The notes beneath the pieces were generated by a model. That model searched no databases. It had not been told where the DNA came from and worked only from the letters and a program-made list of their open reading frames with translations. DNA of 64,000 nt from Candidatus Microgenomatus sp. (GTDB lineage: Bacteria > Patescibacteriota > Minisyncoccia > UBA6257 > GWB1-50-10), in assembly GCA_020724805.1 (NCBI GenBank), contig DYGI01000001.1:303157-367156 (forward strand). Reading direction: 5' to 3'. A program made the position numbers and the translations under genes. Positions within the stretch are counted from its first letter, which is position 1. Each line of letters begins with the position of its first letter. This document shows, one piece after another, positions 20,783-29,779 of this stretch.

Positions 20783-21115
20783 ATGGCCAAGAAAGACGTT
20801 GAACTTCACAAGGAGCGTATTCGCCTTCGTGTGAAGTCGTATGACGCGAAGCTCATCGATAATTCGGTTCGCCAGATCATTGAAGCGATCCGGCGGCAGG
20901 GCGGCGAAGTGGTAGGACCCACGCCACTCCCCACGGAGTTCAAAAAGTACACCGTGAACCGCTCGACCTTCGTGCACAAGAAATCGCGCGAAGCGTTCGA
21001 ACTCCGCGTACACAAGCGTCTCTTGGACATCATGAATCCGAATCCGAAAACTGTGGAATCCCTTTCCGATCTGAACCTTCCTGCGGGAGTGGATGTGGAG
21101 ATAAAAATGGGATAA
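20783..21115 (+). CDS. rpsJ: 30S ribosomal protein uS10
   Basis: IRLRVKSYD, GPTPLPT, HKRLLDI, LPAGVDVEI. Confidence 0.97.
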   Translation: MAKKDVELHKERIRLRVKSYDAKLIDNSVRQIIEAIRRQGGEVVGPTPLPTEFKKYTVNRSTFVHKKSREAFELRVHKRLLDIMNPNPKTVESLSDLNLPAGVDVEIKMG

Positions 21116-21147
21116 ACAAAAGGCCGCCGAAAGGCGGCTTTTTGTTT
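21114..21147 (+). terminator. Intrinsic terminator after rpsJ
   Basis: AAAAGGCCGCC-GAAA-GGCGGCTTTTT. Confidence 0.8.
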
Positions 21148-21230
21148 GAAGCAAGGGGTGATTGCCCCCGCACCTACCGAGGAGTGCGCCAGAGGCGCAG
21201 AATTTTTTTACTCCTCGATAGGTGTGGGGG

Positions 21231-21259
21231 TTGACGCTTTGGCCCATTTTGGTTAGGAT
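21231..21259 (+). promoter_or_regulatory. Sigma70 promoter upstream of rplC
   Basis: TTGACG-17 nt-TAGGAT. Confidence 0.6.
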
Positions 21260-21323
21260 TATCGGGCTTTAGGAGGCACTCGTGAAACACCGAAACACCC
21301 CGCCTAAAGCGGGTGTTTTTCCT

Positions 21324-21752
21324 ATGACGAACATCGCGGCAACAAAGATAAATATGACGACGATTTGGAAAGGTGACGAGGCGGTACCAGTCACGGTTCT
21401 TAAAGTTTCAGACGCGGCGGCATGCGACGCGCTTGCGGAAGGAGCGATAGTGGCGGTGGCCGGCACGAGTCGTGGAAAAGGTTTTCAGGGAGTCGTAAAG
21501 AGGCACGGGTTCCATGGGGGACCGAAGACGCACGGTCAAAAAGATCGCCTTCGCGCTCCCGGTTCTTTGGGTCCTACCGCACCTCAGCGTGTGCTTCCCG
21601 GACGGAAGATGGCGGGTCACATGGGGAATGCGCGGGTTACCGTAAGAAATTTGAAGATAGTGGAAGTAAAAAAAGATGAACAATTGGTTTTCGTGCGCGG
21701 CGCAGTGCCGGGCCCGAAAGGAAGAAAGGTGGAGATGGTGGTAAAAGAGTAA
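21324..21752 (+). CDS. rplC: 50S ribosomal protein uL3, internally shortened (alternative GTG start at 21282)
   Basis: VPVTVL, GKGFQGVVKRHGF, RAPGS, GRKMAGHMG, GAVPG. Confidence 0.93.
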   Translation: MTNIAATKINMTTIWKGDEAVPVTVLKVSDAAACDALAEGAIVAVAGTSRGKGFQGVVKRHGFHGGPKTHGQKDRLRAPGSLGPTAPQRVLPGRKMAGHMGNARVTVRNLKIVEVKKDEQLVFVRGAVPGPKGRKVEMVVKE

Positions 21753-21758
21753 CGAACC

Positions 21759-22385
21759 ATGGCGCTTACCGCGGACATATTGAATTTGAAACACGAAAAA
21801 GTGGGGACCGTTGAACTCCCGACACGCGTGTTTGGCGCGGCATGGGCGCCACGAGCGGTGCACCAGGTGGTGACCGCATTTCTCGCGAACACCCGGAACA
21901 CGGTGGCGCACGCCAAGGGGCGCAGTGAGGTTTCCGGTGGAGGAAAAAAGCCATGGAAACAAAAGCACACGGGGCGCGCGAGACACGGGTCCACCCGTTC
22001 TCCCATCTGGCGCGGCGGCGGCGTGACCCATGGTCCGCTTACGGCACGTGACTTTTCCAAAAAAGTGAATGAGGGGATGAAACGGGCGGCGCTTCGCTCC
22101 GTGCTCTCAAAGAAGTTGAAAGACGGCGAAATTGCCGTAGTGGATTCGTTCTCACTCCCGGCGGCGAAAACGAAGGAAGCGGCGGCGGTTCTCAAGAAAT
22201 TCGGGACGCGTTCCGCGCTTTTTGTTTCGGCGAAAACGGACCGCGCGCTTGCACGGGCAAGCCGTAACGTGCCGAAGGTCGACACCATCACCGCGGCGGA
22301 TCTCCACACGTATGTGTGTGCGGCTCACCGAACCCTTTTCATTGAAGCGAAGGCATTGGAAGTTTTGAAAAAGCGTCTTGCATAA
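21759..22385 (+). CDS. rplD: 50S ribosomal protein uL4
   Basis: RSEVSGGGKKPWKQKHTGRARHGS. Confidence 0.97.
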   Translation: MALTADILNLKHEKVGTVELPTRVFGAAWAPRAVHQVVTAFLANTRNTVAHAKGRSEVSGGGKKPWKQKHTGRARHGSTRSPIWRGGGVTHGPLTARDFSKKVNEGMKRAALRSVLSKKLKDGEIAVVDSFSLPAAKTKEAAAVLKKFGTRSALFVSAKTDRALARASRNVPKVDTITAADLHTYVCAAHRTLFIEAKALEVLKKRLA

Positions 22386-22389
22386 CACC

Positions 22390-22767
22390 ATGGGAATCTT
22401 TTCCAAGACAACCAAACCGAAAAAGGAAGCGGCACCGAAGAAAGACGTGGCGCCGGTTTCTATCGCGTCCGAAGCGAAAGCCGCGAATTCTCACGATGTG
22501 GTGCGCGTGCTCATTGCGCCTCATGTGAGCGAGAAAGCGAGTCGCGGAGAACCGTCCGGCACCTACGCGTTTTTGGTGCGTGACGAAGCGAACAAGACGT
22601 TGGTAAAGGAAGAGGTGGAACGGCGTTACAAAGTGAAGGTAGGGCGCGTGAACATCGTGCGCACCCACGGCGCGATGCGATATTTTCGCGGACGCTGGCA
22701 CGAAGGAAAGATTACGAAGAAAGCCCTCGTCACGCTGAAAAACGGCCAAAAAATAGAGCTTAAATAA
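22390..22767 (+). CDS. rplW: 50S ribosomal protein uL23
   Basis: PHVSEKA, ANKTLVK, KKALVTL; operon position. Confidence 0.92.
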   Translation: MGIFSKTTKPKKEAAPKKDVAPVSIASEAKAANSHDVVRVLIAPHVSEKASRGEPSGTYAFLVRDEANKTLVKEEVERRYKVKVGRVNIVRTHGAMRYFRGRWHEGKITKKALVTLKNGQKIELK

Positions 22768-22769
22768 CC

Positions 22770-23597
22770 ATGATAAAGATCTATAAACCTACGAGCGCCT
22801 CGCGGCGTCATATGCAGGGCACCGACTACCGGACGCTCACCGTTTCGAAGCCTTGGAAGCGGCTCACAAAAAAACTCCACGATTCTGCGGGGCGCAATCA
22901 TCATGGGCGGATTACCATGCGTCATCAGGGGGGCGGCAACCGGAAGCAGTATCGTATGGTTGATTTCAAAATGGAAAAGCTTAATATTCCGGCACGGGTT
23001 GAGGCGTTGGAATATGATCCGTACCGCACCGCGTTCATTGCCCGTGTGGTCTACAAAGATGGTGACCGCCGCTATATTCTTGCGCCGCAGGGGATGAAGG
23101 TGGGAGATGAAATAATCGTTGCGCCGAACGCGCCTCTGAAAACCGGGAACCGCCTTCAGCTCAAAAATATTCCGGTGGGCACCTTTGTGCATAACGCGGA
23201 GGTCTTTCCGGGACGAGGAGGAGCGCTTGCGCGAAGTGCGGGAACCTCGCTTCAAGTGCTCGCGAACGAGGAAGGGTATACCCATTTGAAGATGCTCTCT
23301 GGCGAGGTTCGTAAAGTTTTTGCGGAAGGATATGCGTCCGTGGGGGCAGTATCAAATCCCGAGCACTCGCTTGTGGTCATTGGGAAAGCCGGTCGTTCAC
23401 GTTGGCTCGGTATTCGGCCCACCACACGCGCAAAGGCGATGAACCCCCGTGATCACAAGTACGGAGGCGGCGAAGGAAGCACTCAGCGTGGTACCAAGCG
23501 CCCGAAGGACAAATGGGGTAATATCACGGGTGGTCGGAAGACCCGCAACAAGAAAAAGTGGTCCAATGCGCTTATTGTGAAGCGTCGCACTAAATAA
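22770..23597 (+). CDS. rplB: 50S ribosomal protein uL2
   Basis: [26 protein letters not shown]. Confidence 0.97.
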   Translation: MIKIYKPTSASRRHMQGTDYRTLTVSKPWKRLTKKLHDSAGRNHHGRITMRHQGGGNRKQYRMVDFKMEKLNIPARVEALEYDPYRTAFIARVVYKDGDRRYILAPQGMKVGDEIIVAPNAPLKTGNRLQLKNIPVGTFVHNAEVFPGRGGALARSAGTSLQVLANEEGYTHLKMLSGEVRKVFAEGYASVGAVSNPEHSLVVIGKAGRSRWLGIRPTTRAKAMNPRDHKYGGGEGSTQRGTKRPKDKWGNITGGRKTRNKKKWSNALIVKRRTK

Positions 23598-23602
23598 TCA
23601 TC

Positions 23603-23938
23603 ATGACACGTCCATTGCGTAAGGGTCCGTGGATAGACCCGAAACTTATGAAAAAAATCGCGGGGAAGAATCCCGCGAATGCCGCGCCGGTAAAAACCTG
23701 GTCGCGCGATTCCGAAATTGCTCCGGAGATGGTCGGGTTCACTTTCCAGGTGCACAACGGGAAAGATTTTATCAGTGTGTCGGTGTCCGAGGATATGGTA
23801 GGGCATCGGCTTGGCGAATTTGCACCCACGCGGAAATTCACAAAGCACGGCGGAAAGATGCAGCGCGAGCTCGAAGCATCCGTGGCGGCAGCGCCGGCAA
23901 AACCCGCGGGCCCCGCGCCGGCTCCGGCAAAAAAATAA
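23603..23938 (+). CDS. rpsS: 30S ribosomal protein uS19
   Basis: [22 protein letters not shown]. Confidence 0.97.
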   Translation: MTRPLRKGPWIDPKLMKKIAGKNPANAAPVKTWSRDSEIAPEMVGFTFQVHNGKDFISVSVSEDMVGHRLGEFAPTRKFTKHGGKMQRELEASVAAAPAKPAGPAPAPAKK

Positions 23939-23947
23939 CACCGCTCT

Positions 23948-24460
23948 ATGACGCAATACGCAAAAGCACAACTTCGCTATCTCCATGTATCGCCCCGCAA
24001 GACTCGCGCGGTGGCCGACGTTATCCGCGGACTCTCGGTCACGGAAGCGGAAGCGCAGCTCATGTTGATGCCGCGCCGCGCCGCAACGCCTCTTTTGAAA
24101 CTTTTGCGCTCCGCAGCGGCAAATGCGAAACAAACGATGAAGAAGGATGCAGATGCGCTTTTTGTGAAGGAGATTCGTGTGGACCAGGGGCCGAAATCCA
24201 CACGGTGGATGCCGCGCGCCCGTGGCGCCATGAGCCCCATCGAGCGGAAAACGAGCCACATTTCGGTCACGCTTGGTGCGTTCGAAGTTTCCAAGCCATC
24301 GCGATTTACCATTCGCAAGCCAGTTAAAAAAGCTTCGGAAGCAAAGAAGAAGGCAAAGCCGAAGCCTGAGACGCATGAACACGAGCATGCGCACGATGAA
24401 AAAGAAACCACGGAAAAGAAAGGGTTCGCCCAGCGCATTTTCCGGCGGAAAGCGGTGTAA
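23948..24460 (+). CDS. rplV: 50S ribosomal protein uL22 with C-terminal extension
   Basis: SPRKTRAVADVIRG, SAAANA, PRARG, TSHI. Confidence 0.95.
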   Translation: MTQYAKAQLRYLHVSPRKTRAVADVIRGLSVTEAEAQLMLMPRRAATPLLKLLRSAAANAKQTMKKDADALFVKEIRVDQGPKSTRWMPRARGAMSPIERKTSHISVTLGAFEVSKPSRFTIRKPVKKASEAKKKAKPKPETHEHEHAHDEKETTEKKGFAQRIFRRKAV

Positions 24461-24470
24461 ATAAAGATCT

Positions 24471-25157
24471 ATGGGACAAAAAGTAAAACCAAACGCATAT
24501 CGCATCGGTATCACGCTTCCGTGGCAGAACCGATGGTTCTACAAGAAAGGCCTCAGATATTTCTTCGAGGAGGATTTCCGCATCCGCGAATACCTGCGCT
24601 CCAAGGTGCTTCAGGCTGGTATCGCATCCATTGAGATAGAACGTACCTCGGCGGCGCTCCGCGTTTCCATCCGCGCGGGACGGCCCGGACTCATCATCGG
24701 TCGCGGCGGCAAGGGAATCGAAGATTTGAGGAACGGACTTGTGGCGGAGATAAAGAAGTGGCGCCGTGAAGCAAAGGTGGCGGCACAGGTCGTGGTGAAT
24801 TTGAACATCGAAGAATTGAAGCGCTCGGAAGTATCCGCAGCCGCAACCGCGCAGCAGGTGGCGTTTGATATCGAGAAGCGTCTCCCATATCGCCGTGCAA
24901 TGAAGCGTACTCTCGAACTTCTCATGCAGAACCGCGACGTACTCGGCGCAAAAATCCGCCTCTCGGGTCGGCTGAATGGTGCCGAAATTTCGCGGAACGA
25001 CTGGCTCGCGAAGGGGCGCATGCCGCTCCAAACGCTTCGGGCGAACGTGGATTACGGCGAAGCAACCTCGTTCAACACCTACGGCACGGTGGGCGTGAAG
25101 GTGTGGATCTACAAAGGCGACATCTTTGATAATGAAAAAGGAAAAATGCAAAAATGA
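24471..25157 (+). CDS. rpsC: 30S ribosomal protein uS3
   Basis: MGQKV, RPGLIIGRGG, GRLNGAEI, PLQTLRA. Confidence 0.97.
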   Translation: MGQKVKPNAYRIGITLPWQNRWFYKKGLRYFFEEDFRIREYLRSKVLQAGIASIEIERTSAALRVSIRAGRPGLIIGRGGKGIEDLRNGLVAEIKKWRREAKVAAQVVVNLNIEELKRSEVSAAATAQQVAFDIEKRLPYRRAMKRTLELLMQNRDVLGAKIRLSGRLNGAEISRNDWLAKGRMPLQTLRANVDYGEATSFNTYGTVGVKVWIYKGDIFDNEKGKMQK

Positions 25158-25196
25158 AAATTTTCCATTTTGATTTTTCCATTTTAATTTAACGTT

Positions 25197-25610
25197 ATGT
25201 TGCAACCAAAGAAACAAAAGTTCAGAAAGCAGCAGAAAGGACGTTCGCGCCGCCGCCTGGTGGAAACGCGCGGAGTAACGCTCGGGTATGGGCGCTACGG
25301 CCTCCAAGCAACATCCGCTTCGTGGGTAACGGCGAATCAGATCGAAGCGGCACGCAAAGCCATCAGTCATGAGCTCGCGAAGGAAGGGAAGATGTGGATT
25401 AGAATTTTCCCCGATAAACCAATTACAAAACTGCCGCCCGAGGTCACCTTGGGAGGTGGAAAAGGGGACGTGGACCACTACGTGTTTCCGGTAAAGCCCG
25501 GCCGCATGCTTTTTGAAGTGGATGGCGTCAAAGAGGAAACCGCGCGTGCGGCGTTGAAGCGTGCAGGATATAAACTTCCGGTTGGCACGCGGATTGTCGC
25601 GAAACAATAA
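25197..25610 (+). CDS. rplP: 50S ribosomal protein uL16
   Basis: MLQPKKQKFRK, QIEAAR, WIRIFPDKP. Confidence 0.97.
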   Translation: MLQPKKQKFRKQQKGRSRRRLVETRGVTLGYGRYGLQATSASWVTANQIEAARKAISHELAKEGKMWIRIFPDKPITKLPPEVTLGGGKGDVDHYVFPVKPGRMLFEVDGVKEETARAALKRAGYKLPVGTRIVAKQ

Positions 25611-25620
25611 TCATATGAAT

Positions 25621-25737
25621 CCCGTTAGAAACAACTAAATTCTACAATCATGATTTACCGAAACAACAGCACAATATCTAGCACAAAGGTCTCGTGGCTC
25701 AACCACGGTCGTCTTGAGACGACCTGTCTCTAACGGG
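25621..25737. mobile_element. Start-codon-associated palindromic element, copy A (117 bp)
   Basis: ATGAAT-CCCGTTAGA...TCTAACGGG-ATGAA at the rpmC start; same termini as 34810 and 45006. Confidence 0.8.
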
Positions 25738-25950
25738 ATGAAAAAGAAAGACCTCGCCAATCGCAAAGGAAAGAATGAAGCGGAGCTCACCAAAGAGATC
25801 CGCGAGCTTGAGAGTCGTAAAGAGGCTCTCCAGTTTGACTTGGCGGCGGGCAAAGTGAAGAATATACGCGAAATTCGGGACGTGAAAAAAAGCGTCGCAC
25901 AACTTCGAACGCTCCTCGGCGAGCGTGGTCGCCTAACGCCTAACACCTAA
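25738..25950 (+). CDS. rpmC: 50S ribosomal protein uL29
   Basis: ELTKEIREL...IREIRDVKKSVAQLRT; position between rplP and rpsQ. Confidence 0.88.
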   Translation: MKKKDLANRKGKNEAELTKEIRELESRKEALQFDLAAGKVKNIREIRDVKKSVAQLRTLLGERGRLTPNT

Positions 25951-25961
25951 CGCCTATTCAT

Positions 25962-26189
25962 ATGAGAACTCTTACTGGTATCGTAATTTCCGACAAAATG
26001 CAGAAAACCCGCGTGGTGGAAATCACGAGGGTGAAAAAGCATCCGCGTTATGAGAAGCGATATGAAGTGACCGCGCGCTTCAAGGCGCACGACGAGGAGA
26101 ACCAGTACCACACGGGAGATAAAGTGCTCATCAAGGAAATTCGGCCGATGAGCAAAGATAAGCGTTGGGAAATCGTGAAGAAAATATGA
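25962..26189 (+). CDS. rpsQ: 30S ribosomal protein uS17
   Basis: [28 protein letters not shown]. Confidence 0.96.
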   Translation: MRTLTGIVISDKMQKTRVVEITRVKKHPRYEKRYEVTARFKAHDEENQYHTGDKVLIKEIRPMSKDKRWEIVKKI

Positions 26190-26551
26190 TACAAGAACGC
26201 GCCATATTGAAAGTAGCCGACAACTCCGGAGCGAAGACGGTCCGGTGTTTCCGCGTTCTCGGCGGGAGCCGCAAACGATATGCGCGCATCGGCGACATTT
26301 TCGTGGCGTCCGTGCAGGCCGCGGAACCGCGTAAACAGGTGAAAAAGAAGGACGTAGTGCGTTGCGTGCTCGTGCGGAGCCGCGCCCCCATTCGCCGCAA
26401 GGACGGCACGGTGGTGCGTTTCGATGACAATGCGGCGGTGCTAATCGACAAAAATGAGCCTCGCGGGACCCGTATTTTCGGCCCCATTCCTCGTGAAATA
26501 AAAGAAAAAGGGTACGACACTATTGCGTCGCTCGCGGAAGAATTGGTGTAG
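26186..26551 (+). CDS. rplN: 50S ribosomal protein uL14
   Basis: [24 protein letters not shown]. Confidence 0.97.
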   Translation: MIQERAILKVADNSGAKTVRCFRVLGGSRKRYARIGDIFVASVQAAEPRKQVKKKDVVRCVLVRSRAPIRRKDGTVVRFDDNAAVLIDKNEPRGTRIFGPIPREIKEKGYDTIASLAEELV

Positions 26552-26553
26552 AC

Positions 26554-26871
26554 ATGACCATGAAGTTCAAGATCAAAAAAGGGGATACCGTCATCATGCG
26601 TCGCGGAAAGGACCGCGGGAAGTCCGGCAAGGTACTTCATGTGAATTTCACGACGTCGCGCATATCGGTGGAGGGGGTGAACCTGGTGAAAAAGCATGTC
26701 CGGCCGAAGCGCCAGGGAGAGAAAGGTGAATCGGTTTCGGTGCCGCGCTCGGTGCCCATTGCTTCCGTGGCTCTTATGTGCGGAAAATGCGGGCGCGGGG
26801 TGCGGGTCAGTATGAAGGTCGAGGGAAAAACGCGCACGCGAGTATGTCGCCGTTGCGGAAACGCGCTCTAA
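26554..26871 (+). CDS. rplX: 50S ribosomal protein uL24
   Basis: KOW IKKGDTV..GKDRGKSGKV, VEGVNLVKKH. Confidence 0.95.
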   Translation: MTMKFKIKKGDTVIMRRGKDRGKSGKVLHVNFTTSRISVEGVNLVKKHVRPKRQGEKGESVSVPRSVPIASVALMCGKCGRGVRVSMKVEGKTRTRVCRRCGNAL

Positions 26872-26876
26872 CGAAT

Positions 26877-27368
26877 ATGACCAAAGCATTTCGCAAGGAC
26901 AATGACTTGGAGAAGATCGTCGTGAACGTCGGCGTGGGTCGCGCACGCAATCTCACCCAGTTCGAGGAAAAAGTGCTCCCGGCAATCCAAGAGGAGCTCT
27001 CGGTGGTTACCGGTCAGAAACCCTCGCCGCGCGCGGCGAAAAAAGCGGTTGCGAGTTTCAAAACGCGCGAGGGAGATGTGGTGGGACTGCAAGTGACGTT
27101 GCGCGGTGCGCGGATGAGGGATTTTCTCGAAAAGCTCGTTCGCATCGTGCTTCCGCGTGTAAAAGACTTCCGCGGGTTGGATATGCGCGCAGTGGATGAA
27201 CGAGGCGCGTTGAATGTGGGACTCCGCGAACAATACGTGTTTCCCGAGATTAACCAGGAAAAATCCAAGGTGTCGTTTGGAATCCAAGTGACGGTGGTAC
27301 CGCGCACCCGTAACCGCGCACGTGCAATTGCGTTTTACGAGTCCGCCGGAGTACCCTTGAAGAAATAA
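26877..27368 (+). CDS. rplE: 50S ribosomal protein uL5, N-terminally short
   Basis: [30 protein letters not shown]. Confidence 0.95.
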   Translation: MTKAFRKDNDLEKIVVNVGVGRARNLTQFEEKVLPAIQEELSVVTGQKPSPRAAKKAVASFKTREGDVVGLQVTLRGARMRDFLEKLVRIVLPRVKDFRGLDMRAVDERGALNVGLREQYVFPEINQEKSKVSFGIQVTVVPRTRNRARAIAFYESAGVPLKK

Positions 27369-27370
27369 TT

Positions 27371-27556
27371 ATGGCAAAAACATCCGTTATCGCGCGCGCG
27401 AAAAAGACCCCGAAATATTCCACCCGAAAGGTGCGGCGGTGTTTCCGCTGCGGCCGCGGGCGAGGCTATATGCGCGATTTCAATATGTGCCGCATTTGTT
27501 TCCGTGAACTTGCGAGTAAGGGCGAGATTCCGGGAGTAAAGAAGGCATCGTGGTAA
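27371..27556 (+). CDS. rpsZ: 30S ribosomal protein uS14 type Z
   Basis: 61 aa, CFRC..CRIC, GVKKASW. Confidence 0.96.
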   Translation: MAKTSVIARAKKTPKYSTRKVRRCFRCGRGRGYMRDFNMCRICFRELASKGEIPGVKKASW

Positions 27557-27563
27557 ACACACC

Positions 27564-27935
27564 ATGTATATAAACTTTTTGATACAACTAAAGAATGCGG
27601 TACGTGCCGGCAAGCGTTCGGCAAAAGCGCCCTACACCACAATGGATTTGAAGGTGGCGGAGGTGCTCCAGCGCCATGGATTTCTCACGAATGTGGAGGT
27701 GAAGGGGCGGGCGCCGAAAAAAGTTATCGAGGTTGACTTGAATATAGAGCGTCCCATTCGTGACGTGCGTTTCAAGAGTACGCCGTCCGTGGCGCGTTAT
27801 GCGGGATATCGCGACGTGAAGTCGGTGAAGCAGGGCCACGGTCTCCTGGTTTTGACGACGCCGAACGGCATTAAAGCCGGGCACGAAGCGAAGCGCGAAA
27901 AAGTGGGCGGAAAGATTCTTTTTGAAATCTGGTAA
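27564..27935 (+). CDS. rpsH: 30S ribosomal protein uS8
   Basis: LKNA, VLTTPNGI, KVGGKILFEIW; operon position. Confidence 0.93.
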   Translation: MYINFLIQLKNAVRAGKRSAKAPYTTMDLKVAEVLQRHGFLTNVEVKGRAPKKVIEVDLNIERPIRDVRFKSTPSVARYAGYRDVKSVKQGHGLLVLTTPNGIKAGHEAKREKVGGKILFEIW

Positions 27936-27937
27936 TT

Positions 27938-28501
27938 ATGTCAAAGATAGGCAAACAACCCATTGTTATTCCGAACGGCGTCACGGTCACGGTGACGAAC
28001 GGCGTGGTTGAGGTGAAAGGGAGTAAAGGGACCCTTTCTATCCCAATGCTCTCTGGCACCGAAGTGAAAACGGAAGGGAGCGAGCTTGTAATTTCTCTCG
28101 TGGGAACCGGCAAACAATCCCGCGCGAACTGGGGCACACTTCGTGCGCTCATTGCGAACGCGGTTTTTGGTCAGACGAAAGAGTTTGAGAGGAAGCTTAT
28201 CCTGGAAGGTGTGGGATTCAGGGTTGCCAAAGACGGCGAAGGACTCACGCTGAACCTTGGATTTTCTCACCCGGTGAAATACAGTGCACGCCCCGGCATC
28301 ACTTTCGAGGTTGATGCGAAGGCGAACGCGCTGCTAGTGAAGGGAATGGATAAATCACTGGTAGGTCAGGTAGCAGCCGAGATTCGAGCGCTCAAAAAAC
28401 CGGAGCCTTATAAAGGGAAAGGTTTCCGCTATTCCGATGAGGTCATCCAGCGTAAAGCGGGCAAGAAAGCGGCAGCGGCATCAGGCGGGGCTGCGGCGTA
28501 G
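27938..28501 (+). CDS. rplF: 50S ribosomal protein uL6
   Basis: MSKIGKQP, LGFSHPV, PEPYKGKG. Confidence 0.97.
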   Translation: MSKIGKQPIVIPNGVTVTVTNGVVEVKGSKGTLSIPMLSGTEVKTEGSELVISLVGTGKQSRANWGTLRALIANAVFGQTKEFERKLILEGVGFRVAKDGEGLTLNLGFSHPVKYSARPGITFEVDAKANALLVKGMDKSLVGQVAAEIRALKKPEPYKGKGFRYSDEVIQRKAGKKAAAASGGAAA

Positions 28502-28522
28502 CGCACATAATATTTTTCTATC

Positions 28523-28879
28523 ATGCGTAAAGTAAAATCATCCATTCAAACCCAGCGTGCGCGCCGCGCGTTCCGCGTGCGAAGTAAGGTGCGCGGCACC
28601 GCAGAGCGCCCCCGACTTTCCATTTTCCGCAGCAATCGCTTCACAGTGGTGCAGCTTATTGACGACGTCACCGGGAAGACCATGGTGCACGCGTCCTCGC
28701 GCGAGCTGAAGGAAAAAGGTGCAAAGGGCACGATAGCGGCCTTGGTGGGGAAAGCGATCGCGGAGCGCGCGAAAAAAGCGGGTATCGCGAAGGCGGTGGC
28801 GGATCGCGGAAGTTATCGGTACCATGGACGCGTGAAGGCGCTTGTCGAAGCGGCTCGTGAAGCGGGACTTTCCATATAA
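28523..28879 (+). CDS. rplR: 50S ribosomal protein uL18
   Basis: RPRLSIFRSN, QLIDD, YHGRVKAL. Confidence 0.96.
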   Translation: MRKVKSSIQTQRARRAFRVRSKVRGTAERPRLSIFRSNRFTVVQLIDDVTGKTMVHASSRELKEKGAKGTIAALVGKAIAERAKKAGIAKAVADRGSYRYHGRVKALVEAAREAGLSI

Positions 28880-28886
28880 CCACACC

Positions 28887-29372
28887 ATGAGAAGGATAAT
28901 GATGAAAAAGAAAAGCGATTACGCGGACCGGCTCCTTGAAGTGCGGCGGGTGACGCGTGTTATGGCCGGAGGAAAGCGTTTCAGTTTCCGTGCGGCGGTG
29001 GTGGTGGGCGATATGCGCGGGAAAGTGGGATTTGGGCTCGGGAAGGGCTTGGACGTCATGAGCGCCATCGAAAAAGCAAAACGTCAAGGCGAGAAAAGCC
29101 TCATCACGGTTCCTTTGGTTGATCGGAGGACCATTCCCCATGAGATTGATGCGAAATATGGTGCGGCGCAGGTGCGTTTGAAGCCGGCGAAAGAAGGGCA
29201 CGGACTCATCGCCGGTTCGGCGGCTCGTGCAGTTTTGGAACTCGCGGGGATACGCGATGTTTCCGCAAAGACCACAGGACGCACCAAGAACAAAATTGCG
29301 AACGCCCGCGCAGCACTCGCCGCACTTGCGGGACTTCATCCAAGAAAAATGAAAACCGATGCAACTACATGA
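28887..29372 (+). CDS. rpsE: 30S ribosomal protein uS5
   Basis: RVTRVMAGGKRFSF, VGFGLGK, VLELAGIRDV. Confidence 0.96.
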   Translation: MRRIMMKKKSDYADRLLEVRRVTRVMAGGKRFSFRAAVVVGDMRGKVGFGLGKGLDVMSAIEKAKRQGEKSLITVPLVDRRTIPHEIDAKYGAAQVRLKPAKEGHGLIAGSAARAVLELAGIRDVSAKTTGRTKNKIANARAALAALAGLHPRKMKTDATT

Positions 29373-29775
29373 ACTTTCTCCTCGAATGAGGAGACAAAAA
29401 GAAAAACGAGTGGGCCGCGGCGGTAAGCGCGGAAAGACCGCAGGACGCGGCGAAAAGGGGCAAGGGGCTCGCTCAGGGCACCGCATCCGTCCGGCGGAGC
29501 GTGACCTTATTCAGCGCCTGCCGAAACTTCGCGGCATCAAGCATCCGCGTCTTTCACTGCGCGCGACGGCGATATCGCTCGGCGACCTGGTGCGCGTGAA
29601 GGGGAACGAGGTGACGCGTGCGGCACTCGTGGAATCCGGTTTCATCATGCACGCAAAAGACAAGGTGAAAATCTTGGGTGGCGGGAGCATTTCCCGTGCG
29701 CTCACGGTCAAGGGCATTCCAGTGTCAGAAAGTGCGAAGAAGGCCATAGAGGCCGCAGGCGGGAAGGTAGAATAG
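29359..29775 (+). CDS. rplO: 50S ribosomal protein uL15
   Basis: RVGRG..GKTAGRGEKGQGAR, IEAAGGKV. Confidence 0.95.
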   Translation: MQLHELSPRMRRQKEKRVGRGGKRGKTAGRGEKGQGARSGHRIRPAERDLIQRLPKLRGIKHPRLSLRATAISLGDLVRVKGNEVTRAALVESGFIMHAKDKVKILGGGSISRALTVKGIPVSESAKKAIEAAGGKVE

Positions 29776-29779
29776 GTAT

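Noticed and set aside
24324-25607. 427-aa minus-strand ORF and similar ORFs opposite fusA and tuf
   Set aside because: Antisense to well-conserved translation genes
29340-29380. Missing uL30 as a novelty
   Set aside because: Loss of uL30 is an established CPR trait; used only as a taxonomic clue
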